Shown here in pieces: positions 51,880 through 63,474 of a stretch of 64,000 nucleotides of DNA. Under the pieces are notes generated by a model, which searched no databases, was not told the DNA's origin, and saw only the letters and a list, made by a program, of their open reading frames with translations. Each line of letters opens with the position of its first letter. The first letter of the stretch is position 1. The stretch comes from Octopus sinensis (Eukaryota), in contig NC_043013.1 of NCBI RefSeq assembly GCF_006345805.1, positions 13,764,001 to 13,828,000 on the forward strand, read 5' to 3'. A program made the translations under genes and the position numbers.

Positions 51880-54800
51880 TTGTAGTCTAGTGTTTCCATA
51901 TGAAATCTGCCAAATGCAAGCTTTCTTTTCAGGTACATGACATGGCTGTCCCTCATCCCAGGGTCTCAGATGCCCACACCTCCCACACCCTCAGAGTTGG
52001 CACACTCAATGTTGGCACATTGAAAGGTAGGTCTGGAGAGATTGTAGAGCTGCTTGAACGGAGACATGTGGATGTATGCTGTATCCAGGAAGTAAGGTGG
52101 AGAGGAGGTTCCGCTAGGCTCCTCACAGGCAAGGAACACAGGTACAAGATTTTCTGGGCAGGGAACACTGACGGGGTCGGGGGCGTGGGTATACTTCTTG
52201 CGGAGAAATGGGTAGGTAAGGTAATCGAGGTAGTCAGAGTAAGTGACAGAGTAATTAAAATTAGATTAGTCCTACACCATAGGACAGCTACCATCATCTC
52301 GGCATATGCCCCTCAACCAGGGCTACCGGAAGGACAAAAAGACCAATTCTATGACACCCTATTGCGGACTACCTCGTTGACAAATGATAGTGACCTTCTC
52401 TTCGTGGCAGGTGATTTCAATGGACATGTTGGACGACATGTCGGGGGCTTCCATGGCGTTCATGGAGGCTACGGTTTTGGCTCTCGTAATGAGAAGGGAA
52501 CCAGGCTGCTGGAGTTCTGCGATGCAAATGACCTTATGGTCTGCAATACCAACTTCAGGAAACCCACCTCTCACCTAGTCACCTACCGTTCTGGCAGACA
52601 CACCAGCCAGATTGACTACATCCTTGCCAGAAAAAGGGAAAGAGGGCTGATTATAAATGCCAAAACCTTTCCAGGCGAAGAATGTACTCCTCAACATAGA
52701 TTAGTAGTTAGCGACATCAGGATCAGAGCTAAATGGTTGCCCAGAAGAAGACCAGCTTGGAGGAGAAGGGTCTGGAAGCTTAAAGATCCTGCAAATGGAC
52801 AGAGATTTAGAGACATACTACTCGAAGACTTTGACGAAACAGAAGGGGATATAGCTTCACTAAATGTGGAAGACAACTGGAGATTCCTACGAGACAATCT
52901 GCTGACAGCCACTGAACAGATCTGTGGATGGAGCAAAGTACCATCTCGACCCAGAGTAACATGGTGGTGGAACACCGTGGTTGACAGGGCTATTAGACAA
53001 AAGAGACAGGCTTGGAAGGACTGGAAGAACGGTGGTAGCAGGGAATTGTATCAGACAGCCAAAAGGGAAGCTAGGAGACAGGTTTATTTAGCCAGAGGGG
53101 AAGCGGATAAGAAAAAATTTGCCAATGTTCTGAGCGGTGAGGATGAAAGACTTGAGGTATTTCGTGTTGCAAGACAGTGTGTGAGAGAGAATCGTGATGT
53201 GGTAGGAGAGAAGTGTGTTCGCATGGATGATGGTTCACTTGCGCTAAATGAGGATGCAAAGAGAGAGGTTTGGAGATGCCACTATGAAAGGCTGCTGAAT
53301 AAAGAAAATGAATGGGATAAAGAGAGTCTGCCGAATGTTGACCCAACAGAGGGACCAGCTATCCGAGTTGATAGTTCCGTGGTAGCTAAGGCAATTAGAA
53401 GCATGAAGACAGGGAAAGCCCCAGGCCCATCAGGAATTACTGCAGAGATGCTCAAAATATCTGGTAGTGTCGGCTATAACCTAGTCACCCGTATAGTCAA
53501 CCAGGTGATACACGAAGGAGTCATACCCAATGACTGGTGTAGCAGCATACTAGTCAACTGCTACAAAGGTAAAGGTGATGCCCTAGATACAAATAATTAC
53601 AGAGGTATCAAGCTGTTGGATCAGGTAATGAAGGTTACGGAGAGGGTCATAGCCCAACTAATTAGAGAGAGAGTTAGTTTAGATGAGATGCAGTTTGGGT
53701 TCGTGCCAGGGAAAAGCACCACTGATGCTATATTCCTGGTAAGGCAGCTGCAGGAGAAATACCTAGCCAAAGATAAGCCCCTGTACCTGGCTTTCGTTGA
53801 CATGGAGAAAGCCTTTGATAGGGTCCCCCGATCCCTCATCTGGTGGTCAATGAGAAAACTAGGGATAGATGAATGACTGGTGAGGGCTGTGCAAGCCATG
53901 TACAGAGATGCCGTAAGTAAGGTTAGGGTCGGCAACATGTACACAGAAGAATTCAAAGTAGAGGTTGGGGTCCACCAGGGTTCAGTACTCAGCCCCCTCC
54001 TATTTATCATAGTCCTCGAGGCAATTGTGGAAGAATTCAAGACAGGTTGCCCCTGGGAGCTCTTCTATGCTGACGACCTCGCTCTAATTGCTGAGTCACT
54101 ATCAGAACTGGAGGAGAAGTTCCAGGTGTGGAAGGAGGGTTTAGAATCGAAGGGCCTTAGAGTCAACCTAGCTAAAACCAAAGTACTAATAAGTAGAAAG
54201 GTAGACAATCCACAAATATCCTCAGGAAGATGGCCCTGCTCGATCTGTAGAAAAGGTGTAGGTAGAAACTCTATAAGATGTACCCAGTGTAAGCTATGGA
54301 CACATAAGAGGTGCAGCAATGTCAAAGGTAGGCTAACTGGGAAGATAGTTTTTGTATGTCGCAGATGCTCGGGAGCATTGACCTCCGAAAATCTGCAGAA
54401 AACAACTTCCGTCACTTTCCAGGGGGAAAAACTAGAAGTAGTTGATAGCTTCCGTTATCTAGGTGACCAAGTCAGTAGTGGGGGTGGGTGCGCTGAAAGT
54501 GTAACTGCTAGAATAAGAATAGCCTGGGCAAAGTTTAGGGAGCTCTTACCTCTGCTGGTGACTAAAGGCCTCTCTCTCAGAGTAAAAGGCAGACTGTATG
54601 ATGCATGTGTACGAACAGCCATGCTACATGGCAGTGAAACATGGGCCGTGACTGCTGAGGACATGCGTAAGCTCGTGAGGAATGAAGCCAGTATGCTCCG
54701 ATGGATGTGTAATGTCAGTGTACTTACTCGACAGAGCGTTAGTACCTTGAGAGAAATGTTGTACCTAAGAAGCATCAGTTGTCGTGTGCAAGAGAGACGA

Positions 54801-55582
54801 TTGCGCTGGTATGGTCATGCGGCGAGAATGGATGAAGATAGGTGTGTGAGAAAGTGCCGATCCCTAGCAGTTGAGGGAACCCGTGGAAGAGGTAGACCCA
54901 GGAAAACCTGGGACGAGGTGGTGAAGCACGACCTTCGAACGTTAGGTCGCACCATGGAAATGACTAGAGACCGAGACCTATGGAAGTATGCTGTGCGTTA
55001 GAAGACCCGGCAAGACTAGTGAAGCCATGACCCGTGGCCCCTGCCTGGGACGTAGTCAGTCCACCTGTGCATACCTTCCTTCTTGTGACACTTGTGAAGA
55101 CCTGTTGAGGCAAGTGAAAATAAAATCAAATCAATCAAATCAAATCAAACCAAATCAAAATAGATGAACATCAATGGAATTTGTATCCTTGTGGTACCAG
55201 TGCCGGTGGCACATAAGAAAACCATCCGAACGTGACCGTAGCCAGTACCGCATCGACTGGCCTCCGTGCTGAGGGTACGTAACAAACACCATCCGAGCGT
55301 GGCCGTTCGCCAGCCTCGTCTGGCACCTGTGTCGGTGGCACATAAAAACAACATCCGAGCGTGGCCGTCTGCCAGCCTCGTCTGGCACCTGTGTCGGTGG
55401 CACATAAAATCACCCGCTACACTCTCGGAGTGGTTGGCGTTAGGAAGGGCATCCAGCTGTAGAAACACTGCCAGATCTGACTGGCCTGGTGCAGCCTTCG
55501 AGCTTGCCAGACCCCAGTTGAACCGTCCAACCCATGCTAGCATGGAAAGCGGACGTTAAACAATGATGATGATGATGATGAT
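51880..55582 (+). mobile_element. Near-intact RTE LINE with about 580-bp 3'UTR and (GAT)n tail
   Basis: Single long APE+RT frame, 3'UTR with about 62-bp internal repeats, tail at 55563-55582. 5' limit approximate. Confidence 0.97.
51900..55001 (+). pseudogene. RTE APE-RT ORF (1033 codons) broken by one in-frame TGA at 53874-53876
   Basis: ORFs 51900-53876 and 53880-55001 are in the same frame. The other copy reads GIDEWLVRAV here. Motifs GTLNVGTL, AGDFNGHVG, QIDYIL, GVHQGSVLSP, FYADDL, RLRWYGH. Confidence 0.95.
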
Positions 55583-55926
55583 CCATCCATATAGGCTATC
55601 TTGTTCTCATAACGAACGATCGCCACTTTTGAATAAAACTTAAATGTTACGCCATTAATAATTTGAAACGCAGGATATATATACTTGTGTGCATGTGTGT
55701 GAGTGCATACGCATGTGTGAACTGATCTATTTTACGGAATAATTTCTTTTTGCCAGTTACCTCTTCCCAACTTCTGTCTTAATTTCTTCTCTTCCTTTAT
55801 CTCTTTCTTCGCCTCTCACCTTTTATCTCTGGTTGAAACACCTTTTGTCTATTCCTCATGCTAAGTTTAAAGGTAAAGACTGAAAATGGTTACTGTAGTT
55901 CGCTGGAAGCATTGTATATTGTTTTT

Positions 55927-57541
55927 GAAATGTAATGTGTCTTGAATGACACAACAGGCCAGAGTGGACAATAATAGCTGTTAAATAATTTAATTATTCA
56001 TAGTCTAATATAATATTTCGGAATATAAAAATTCATTCTTCAGATATTGCTTGGAATTAATCGAGTCACTGTTATAATCGGTTTTCCAACGGTTACTGAA
56101 ATTTTTTTTCGGAAGTGTGTCTGTAGTGGTCTCACGAAGCCCCTTCCAAAATTTTTTTTGAGAAGTGCACAAGGGCAGCTCTGTCTTGAGTTTATGTGTG
56201 TTGGCATTTCTGTAGCGCTGCTTCTAAGTTATGTATTATACATGCATTTTTTTTATACATAAGCATGTTACCATTGTACGTGCAGGATGTCAATGTAGTT
56301 AAATAATAGTGATTGTTAATTTCCAATCTGTTGTTAATTTGAGGCCCCTAGTCTGTCTATGAGGATAGCTTCTTTAATTCTTAAATTTCCTAAATTTCTG
56401 TCATTGGCTTCAATTGTGACTGTTATGCTTTTGTCTGGAAGTTTTCTCAAAGAGGAGACTCACGTTTAGATGTTCTTTGGTGCGAATGTGTAATCTACAC
56501 ACCGAAAAACCTCCACAGCTATTGACCAATGCTTCCATCACTGTGTTGACCAAGAGAAGAAATGCCTCAAACTTAAATTCTTATAGCTTTGTACCAAATA
56601 CTGCCACAACTCAGTCTATTACACTGACACAGATGAACGGGACATCCACTTATCAAGATAACCCTAACATCAGGGGCACCAGCATACCATCTACAATGAA
56701 ACCCCTAGTCACACACTTGAGTGGGTCACTCTCCCATGAAGAGCTAGAACTCATCAGTCTGGGCCCTAAATTTATCTTGAGCCAACAGCAACAACACACT
56801 CAGCAAATTTCCAACGTACCAACTAGACCACCCCCTCGCCCCCCCCCCAACAAACCAAGAACCCAACCACAAACTATCCGCAACACAGATTTATGCCAAC
56901 GAGTAAATGCTGTGTATAGAATCCAATGTAACAAATGCAACAATTTTTAAGTGGGTGGCACAACCAGACTGTCATACATTCGCATCAAAGAATATTTAAA
57001 CACATGAGCCTCCTCCTTCAGAAAACATCTGGACAGATGCCAGGACACCGACAAAAACATAACAATCACAACTGAAGCCAATGACAGAAATTTTAGAATT
57101 AAAGAAGCTATCCTCAGACAGATTAGGGCCCCAAATTAACAACAGGTTGGAAATTAGCAATCACTATATTATTTTACATTGACATCCTGCACGCACAATA
57201 GTAACATGCTTATGTATAAAAAAAATGCATGTATAATACATAACTTAGAAGCAACATTGCGGATATGCCAACACACATAAGCTTGAGACATGGCCACCCT
57301 CAAGCACTCCGCATGAGGAATTTCAGAAGGAGCTTCATGAGACCACTGCAGAGACACTTCCAAAAAAATCAAAAAAAAATCAGTAACCGTTTATAACAGT
57401 GACTCGATTCATTCCAAGCAATATCTGAAGAAGGAATTTTTATATTCCTAAATATTATATTAGACTATAAATAATTAAATTATTTCACAGATATTACAGT
57501 CCACTCTGCATTGTTGAGCCATTCAAGACACATTACATTTC
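55927..57541 (+). mobile_element. Internally deleted Penelope-like element with long inverted arms
   Basis: GIY-YIG-like VNAVYRIQCNKCNNF*VGGTTRLSYIRIKE..IKEAIL at about 56900-57150, and LSHEELELISLGPKF. 55927-56490 is the reverse complement of about 56975-57541. Confidence 0.8.
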
Positions 57542-57626
57542 ATAAAGCCTGAACTATAAGATGCTTCACTCATTACGACAGGCTCATTTTACTAATCTGG
57601 AATTTTCTCATTTTCTTATTTTGCAG

Positions 57627-57654
57627 ATCAGCTGACGATTCATGGCTAAAAAAT
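57627..57654 (+). CDS. Microexon A2 (28 nt, phase 2-0), SADDSWLKN
   Basis: ttttgcAG / GTAAGT. The upstream 39 nt match the A1 acceptor region at 35/39. In frame between B2 and B3. Confidence 0.75.
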
Positions 57655-58279
57655 GTAAGTCTTTTAAAACTTTTATGTATGCTTAATTAGTTCTGTTTGT
57701 ATAAATTATGAGGAAATTTTTGTTGAGAATTTCATCAATGCATTTGTATAAAAGGAATTTTGTATATCCTGTTTATGAATATTTTTATATATTTTCTCAT
57801 CTTGGTACAAGCTACTATTTCTGATACTGGTAGCCCAAGCTATGATTCTTCAGACGGGAAGACCTAACTACTATTTTCCAATAAGTAGAACTGTTTGCGT
57901 TATCTCCTATTGGTAGATCCAGCAACTATATTTCATATATTTACAACAGTCTTCTATGTTTTTAAATATTATTATGGTCAGTGTATTAGTTTCCATTTTA
58001 ATATGGCTGGATACTATTTATAATATTAGAAGAACCAGCTACTGTATACCATATTATTAGACCAGGCTAGTATTTTTGATATTTGAATAAGTTGCTAGTT
58101 TTTACATTATACAGGTCTTTGAAAGCAAAGTTTCTGAAAACTGTTTTGATAATTTTATGTTACTTCATAGAATGTTTGTGGTGGTCATTTGAAATATCAA
58201 AATTACTCTTTCCTATCACTTAATGTTTTCCTACGATCCAATGAGAAGAGAATATCATAATCTGTAGATAAATACATGC

Positions 58280-58311
<32 letters not shown>

Positions 58312-58320
58312 TATATATAT

Positions 58321-58356
<36 letters not shown>

Positions 58357-58380
58357 CGTATATGTATGTATTTATATATC

Positions 58381-58500
58381 TATGTGTGTGTCTGTGTTTG
58401 TACCCTACCATTGCATAACCGATGTTGGTGTGTTTATGTCCCTGTAAGTTAGCGGTTCAGCAAAAGGAACCAATAGAATAGGTACTAGGCTTACAAAGAA
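58381..58500 (+). mobile_element. SINE 3' fragment, same family as 60878-61305
   Basis: TTAGCGGTTCAGCAAAAG..AATAGAATA.GTACTAGGCTTACAA shared with 61140-61200. Confidence 0.8.
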
Positions 58501-58975
58501 CAGTCGATCTGGCTTATGTGCCCACCAGACTGATTAGTGATTAGGTGGATGGCTGGTTTTCTGTGAGGTTGTTTAAAATATTGATTGTAAAATATCTACC
58601 ACGACTGGAGGTGCAATTTTCTGTCAAGTCTTACACAAATGTTTAAAATGTTTAAATAAAATACTGTTATCATCATGTGAAACTATTTTGATCCAGACGA
58701 TTTCATCCATTCAAATCTCATATCAAAACCAGTGTACCACACTAAAAACTGTAAATAGGAAAAAAGAAATCGTATATCTCTGTTAATAGCTATTGGATTA
58801 TCTCCACCAAATAATCTTGGCTACATTTATGTCTTAAACGTGTACACTTTGTATTTAATTATGTTTCTCTGCATAATTTGTTGTAAAAATTTAATCTATG
58901 TATTATTTCATTAATGTCAGAAGTTTGAACTCCATCATTCCTTCTAACGTTTGCTATTCTTTCTCTTATTTTCAG

Positions 58976-59007
58976 GATCCTGAAATAGACCAACTATTCA
59001 CAAAAAT
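58976..59007 (+). CDS. Microexon B3 (32 nt, phase 0-2), DPEIDQLFTK(I)
   Basis: ttttcAG / GTAACG; same length as B2; homologous flanks; open frame. Confidence 0.75.
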
Positions 59008-59050
59008 GTAACGCAATAAATATGTCCTTATATTTGATAATAAATAAGTA

Positions 59051-59510
59051 TCATCATCATCATCATCATCGTTTAACGTCCGTTCGCCATGCTAGCATGG
59101 GTTGGACGGTTCGACTGGGGATCTGGGAAGCCAGAAGGCTGCACCAGGCTCCAGTCTTATCTGGCAATGTTTCTACAGCTGGATGCCCTTCCTAACGCCA
59201 ACCACTCCGTGAGTGTAGTGGGTGCTTTTTACGTGCCACCCGCACAGGTGCCAGGCGAGGCTGGCAACGGCCACGGTCGGATTGGTGCATTTTACGTGCC
59301 ACCGGCACGGAAGCCGGTCGAGGCGGCACTGGCTTCGGCCACGATTTGGATGGTGCTTTTTACATGCCACCGGCACGGAAGCCAGTTGAGGCGGCGCTGG
59401 CATCGGCCACGATTCGGATAGTGCTTTTTACGTACCGCCAGTCCAGGGTTCCTGGCATCTGCCGGGTGCCAGTCATAGGATTGGTTCAATTTCAATTCCA
59501 ATTCCGATTC
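59051..59510 (-). mobile_element. RTE 3'UTR fragment inserted 43 bp downstream of exon B3
   Basis: (CAT)n tail, GTTTAACGTCC..GCTAGCATGGGTTGGACGG, three to four internal repeat units. Confidence 0.92.
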
Positions 59511-59530
59511 GATTTCATATATATATATAA

Positions 59531-59621
<91 letters not shown>

Positions 59622-60414
59622 ATGATTTCAACTATGGTGTATAGTGAATTTAAGAACTTTGCTTAGCTCAGATTATCCCAGTAAATACTAAACAAAAAAC
59701 TTTTGGGGATGTCGATAATGCAAAGAAAAAAAAAAAGAAATGAACAGCGGAGATTACTCTTATGATCCGTTGATTGTTAATTTCCTTAAAACATTTTTTC
59801 ATGTGTCGGAAATGCAATAAATTGCTCAACTTTGAAACCTGACCCGATTAGGACACAGGTATTATTTTTGAATAGTAGAAGAATTAAAATAAAGCAGAGA
59901 GGTCAGAAAAGCAAAATTTGGTTGGCATTTAAGATAACAATCCATCATTTCTCTACGCTTACCTGTCTTAACACAGCTATAGATTTATTGATCTTAAAAA
60001 TCAGACATGTTTTTTTATTGGTGAAAGAAGTTAGATTTTTGTGATACTGATTTCTTTCTCTACTATGAACAATAATAATTCTCCACTACCTTCTACTAAA
60101 ATTCATATATATACCAGCAACCCACTTCCTGTGTCTGTTACCATCTTAGCCTGAAATAACAGTATTTTCTTTAATTTCTCTCTTCTTTACCTAAATAGAA
60201 GGGCTGATACTTGAAGCATTGATGATTTATTCCCTTTCGAATTAATTTAATATACTGACTTCCTCATATTTTTTTATCAAATGTTTGTTATTTGTTAAAA
60301 TGTAAACATGCTTGCATCTAGTAATAACTGATTTGCATAACAGTTAAAGGTTGATGACTAGATGATACTACACTATGGGTTAGGAATAAATAAATATATG
60401 TAATATATATATTG

Positions 60415-60735
60415 GTACCCTGTCAGTTACAATGATTTGGGTTCCAGTTGATCCGATCAATGGATCAGCTTGCTCAGGAAATTAACACTGCAAGTGGCTG
60501 AGCATTCCTTAGACACACATACCTTTGTTGCAGTTCTCACGGAGATTCAGCGTGACACACTGAATGTCACAAGGCTGGCCTTTTGCAATACGGGGATAAC
60601 TCATTTTTTCCAGCTGCATTGACTGAAGCAACATGAAATAAAGTGTCTTGCCCAAGTACACAGTGCACTGTTAGATATCAGACTGAAGACCTTATGATCG
60701 TGGGCCAAATACCCCAACCACTAAGCCACACATCT
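60415..60735 (-). mobile_element. tRNA-derived SINE, older copy of the family at 553-886
   Basis: The reverse complement matches 553-870 along its length (TGGCTTAGTGG, GGGCAAGACACTTTATTTCA, GGAATGCTCAGCCACTTGCA). Confidence 0.85.
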
Positions 60736-60877
60736 TCACATATATGCGATGATAGCCAAATGGATTCTATGAATTTTGATGAATTGTCAAAAAAACAATA
60801 AAACTAGTCACTTTGATTCTTATCCTAAATGGCTGAGACCTCATCTGACATAATTGCAAAGAAACACTAAATATATA

Positions 60878-61305
60878 GGCGCAGGAGTGGCTGTGTGGTA
60901 TGTAGCTTGCTTGCCAACTGCATGGTTCCAGGTTCAGTCCCATTGTGTGGCACCGTGAGCAAGTATCTTCTACTATAGCCTTGGGCCGACCAAAGCCTTG
61001 TGAGTGAATTTGGTAGACGGAAACTGAAAGAAGCTCATCGTATATAGTATATATATATATATGTGTGTGTGTGTGTCTGTGTTTGTTCCCCCCACCCCCA
61101 GCAACATCACTTGATATGTGATGCTGGTGTGTTTCCGTCCCCGTAACTTAGCGGTTCAGCAAAAAGAGACTAATAGAATAAGTACTAGGCTTACAAGGAA
61201 CAAGTCCTGGAGCGGGGGGGGTGATTTGCTTGACTAAAAGGCGGTGCTCCAGCATAGCCACAGGCAGATGATTGAAACAAGATAACGAATAAAAGAATAT
61301 ATGGA
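60878..61305 (+). mobile_element. tRNA-derived SINE with internal TA/GT microsatellite and CR1-like tail
   Basis: Head GGCGCAGGAGTGGCTGTGTGGTA..GGTTCAGTCCC; tail GGCGGTGCTCCAGCATAGCCACAG..TGAAACAAG. Confidence 0.85.
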
Positions 61306-61369
61306 TATTATTTGATATATTTATTTAATAATAACCCATGTTATATTGGTACTGTTGTAAATATTTATA

Positions 61370-62575
61370 TGAGGTTGTCTCACATGAAATGTCACATTTG
61401 AAAAAGGAAACATTAAAATTTGTTTTTTAAGTTTTAGAATATTTATTTATTTAATCAAAATATGATCGTTGTTAATTTATGCCCTTCATCCAACGTTCCC
61501 TCTAAGGCATATATTTATCATCTGATAAATTATCACTGATAAATTGTTGAGATGCTTCAATTACCTCTTCTTTATTTAAGAATGTTTTATTGCATATAGC
61601 AAGCTTGAAGTGTTTAAATATGTGATAACCAGTAGGAGAGATGTCAGAAGAATAAGGAGGATGTGCCAAAATTTCATAATTCAGGCATTGCAACTTGTGG
61701 ACTGTAGCATGAGAAGTGTGAGGTTATGCATTATCATGAAGCAAAATTGGGCCATCACTATTCACTAATTTAGGTTGCTTCTTTTTTAATTTTCCATGCA
61801 TAAAATTTCCTGACAATAGGTTGTTGTTGTTAAAGTTTCTCTTTGTCGCAAAAATGAAAAATGAACTACCTCTTTGTTGACCATACAGTGACCAACTTTT
61901 TAGGATGCAGTGGTGGTTTTGAGTAGTGTTTTGGTGACTCACCAGCATCTAACCACTGTCCTGTCCACCTGCTATTATTATCAAAGAGTTTCCATTTCTC
62001 ATCATACATAATGAGTCAATTCAAAAGTGGTTTTCTTTCCAACCGAGAAATCAACATGGAACACAGAACAAACCTATCCATCTTTTTTACTTTTCCAATT
62101 TTCTTCAAGTGTCAAGAAGCAGTTGCAGATGTCTGGAGCTCTGATCTAATTTTCTGGACTGTTGTTCTCAGATTCCATTTAATCAAAGCATTCAATTCAT
62201 CATGCCAGATATCAGATTTTAGTCTCCCTCTTGATTTATTTTTAATGCTTTCATTTCCTGAACAAAATCTTTGGAACCATTTCTGAACAGTTCTAATGTC
62301 AACAGATTCATTACCAAAAGTGCACTTGATATTTTGTAGAGCTTTGGTGGTAGAGTGACCCAACTTGTATTCATACAAGAATATCACTTGATATTATTCT
62401 GTTGTCAACATTGTCATAAGAGCTGTGGGTAGCAATTTTGAATAATAGAATTGTCTAGAAAGAAAAAGAGTAAGAGTAAACACAAGCATGTACATAGAAA
62501 CTCATTAAAAATCCATTTATAGATGACTCATAAGAAACCCAGTTAAAATACAATATTTCATGTGAGACAACCTAA
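61370..62575 (-). mobile_element. Full-length degenerate mariner (1206 bp) with TIRs and TA TSD
   Basis: TA-TGAGGTTGTCTCACATGAAAT ... ATTTCATGTGAGACAACCTAA-TA (21-bp TIR, 1 mismatch). Peptides FLYEYKLGHS..RTVQKWFQRF, PILLHDNA, LAHPPYSSDISPTGYH. Confidence 0.95.
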
Positions 62576-62791
62576 TATATCTGTGAATAGATCTATTTTT
62601 AACATATGATTCCTATTCTTTGTTACTTGCCTCTGTTACAAAGAGATTTCTCCATCTTTTTAGCTTCTCTTACAATTTTCAACATGTTTCTATTTGCCTT
62701 TCTTTGAGAAATTTCCTCTTTCTAATTTCTGTCTTATTTTCTTAGTTTCCTTTACTCCTTGTTTACTTTTCACCATACTACTCAGGCCCAG

Positions 62792-62850
<59 letters not shown>

Positions 62851-63027
62851 CTTTTTACCTGTCACATAATTCCTTAAACTTTAATTTTATTTCCATTTCA
62901 TGCCAAAACACAACTTTTCTTCTATTCTTCACTCCCAGTTAAAAGATAAAGACTGAAATTTGAAACTCTAGACTTATGTCAGATTCACTTTACCAATCTG
63001 GAATTTTCTCATTTACTGATTTTACAG

Positions 63028-63079
63028 ATTTACGAATATTATCTCATCTGGTCATTCAGGATATAAATATGGATATAAG
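63028..63079 (+). CDS. Microexon A3 (52 nt, phase 2-0), FTNIISSGHSGYKYGYK
   Basis: ttttacAG / GTAAGT. The upstream 40 nt match the A1 acceptor region at 35/40. Downstream intron homologous to A1/A2 for about 350 bp. Confidence 0.75.
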
Positions 63080-63474
63080 GTAAGTTCTCAGAAAAGAAGA
63101 ACAGTAATTCTTTATAAATTTTATATTTTATAGATGAGTTCTTTTTTGCATAGATTGTAACAAATGGTTTGTTGAGAATTTCATCAATGGATTTGCCTAA
63201 AAGGAATGTTGTATGTTCTGTTTATGAATATTTTTATATATTTTCGCACATTGGTACAACAGGCTACTAATTTTACACTTGTAGAACAAGCCTGGTAGAA
63301 CCATCTACTATTTTCCAAAAGATAGAACTGTCTATGCTATTTCTTATTGGTAGATATAAAAACTATATTTCATATATTTACAGCAGGCTTTCATGTTTTA
63401 TAACAAGTGTAATAGTTTTTATTTTAGTATGGATGTATACTGTTTATAGTACTAGACCAACTAGTATTTTCAAT

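Noticed and set aside
51921-51945. Strong acceptor TTTCTTTTCAG just before the RTE Met-Ala-Val start, as a host-RTE fusion route
   Set aside because: Splicing from B2 (phase 2) would be out of frame with the RTE ORF and stop within about 30 codons.
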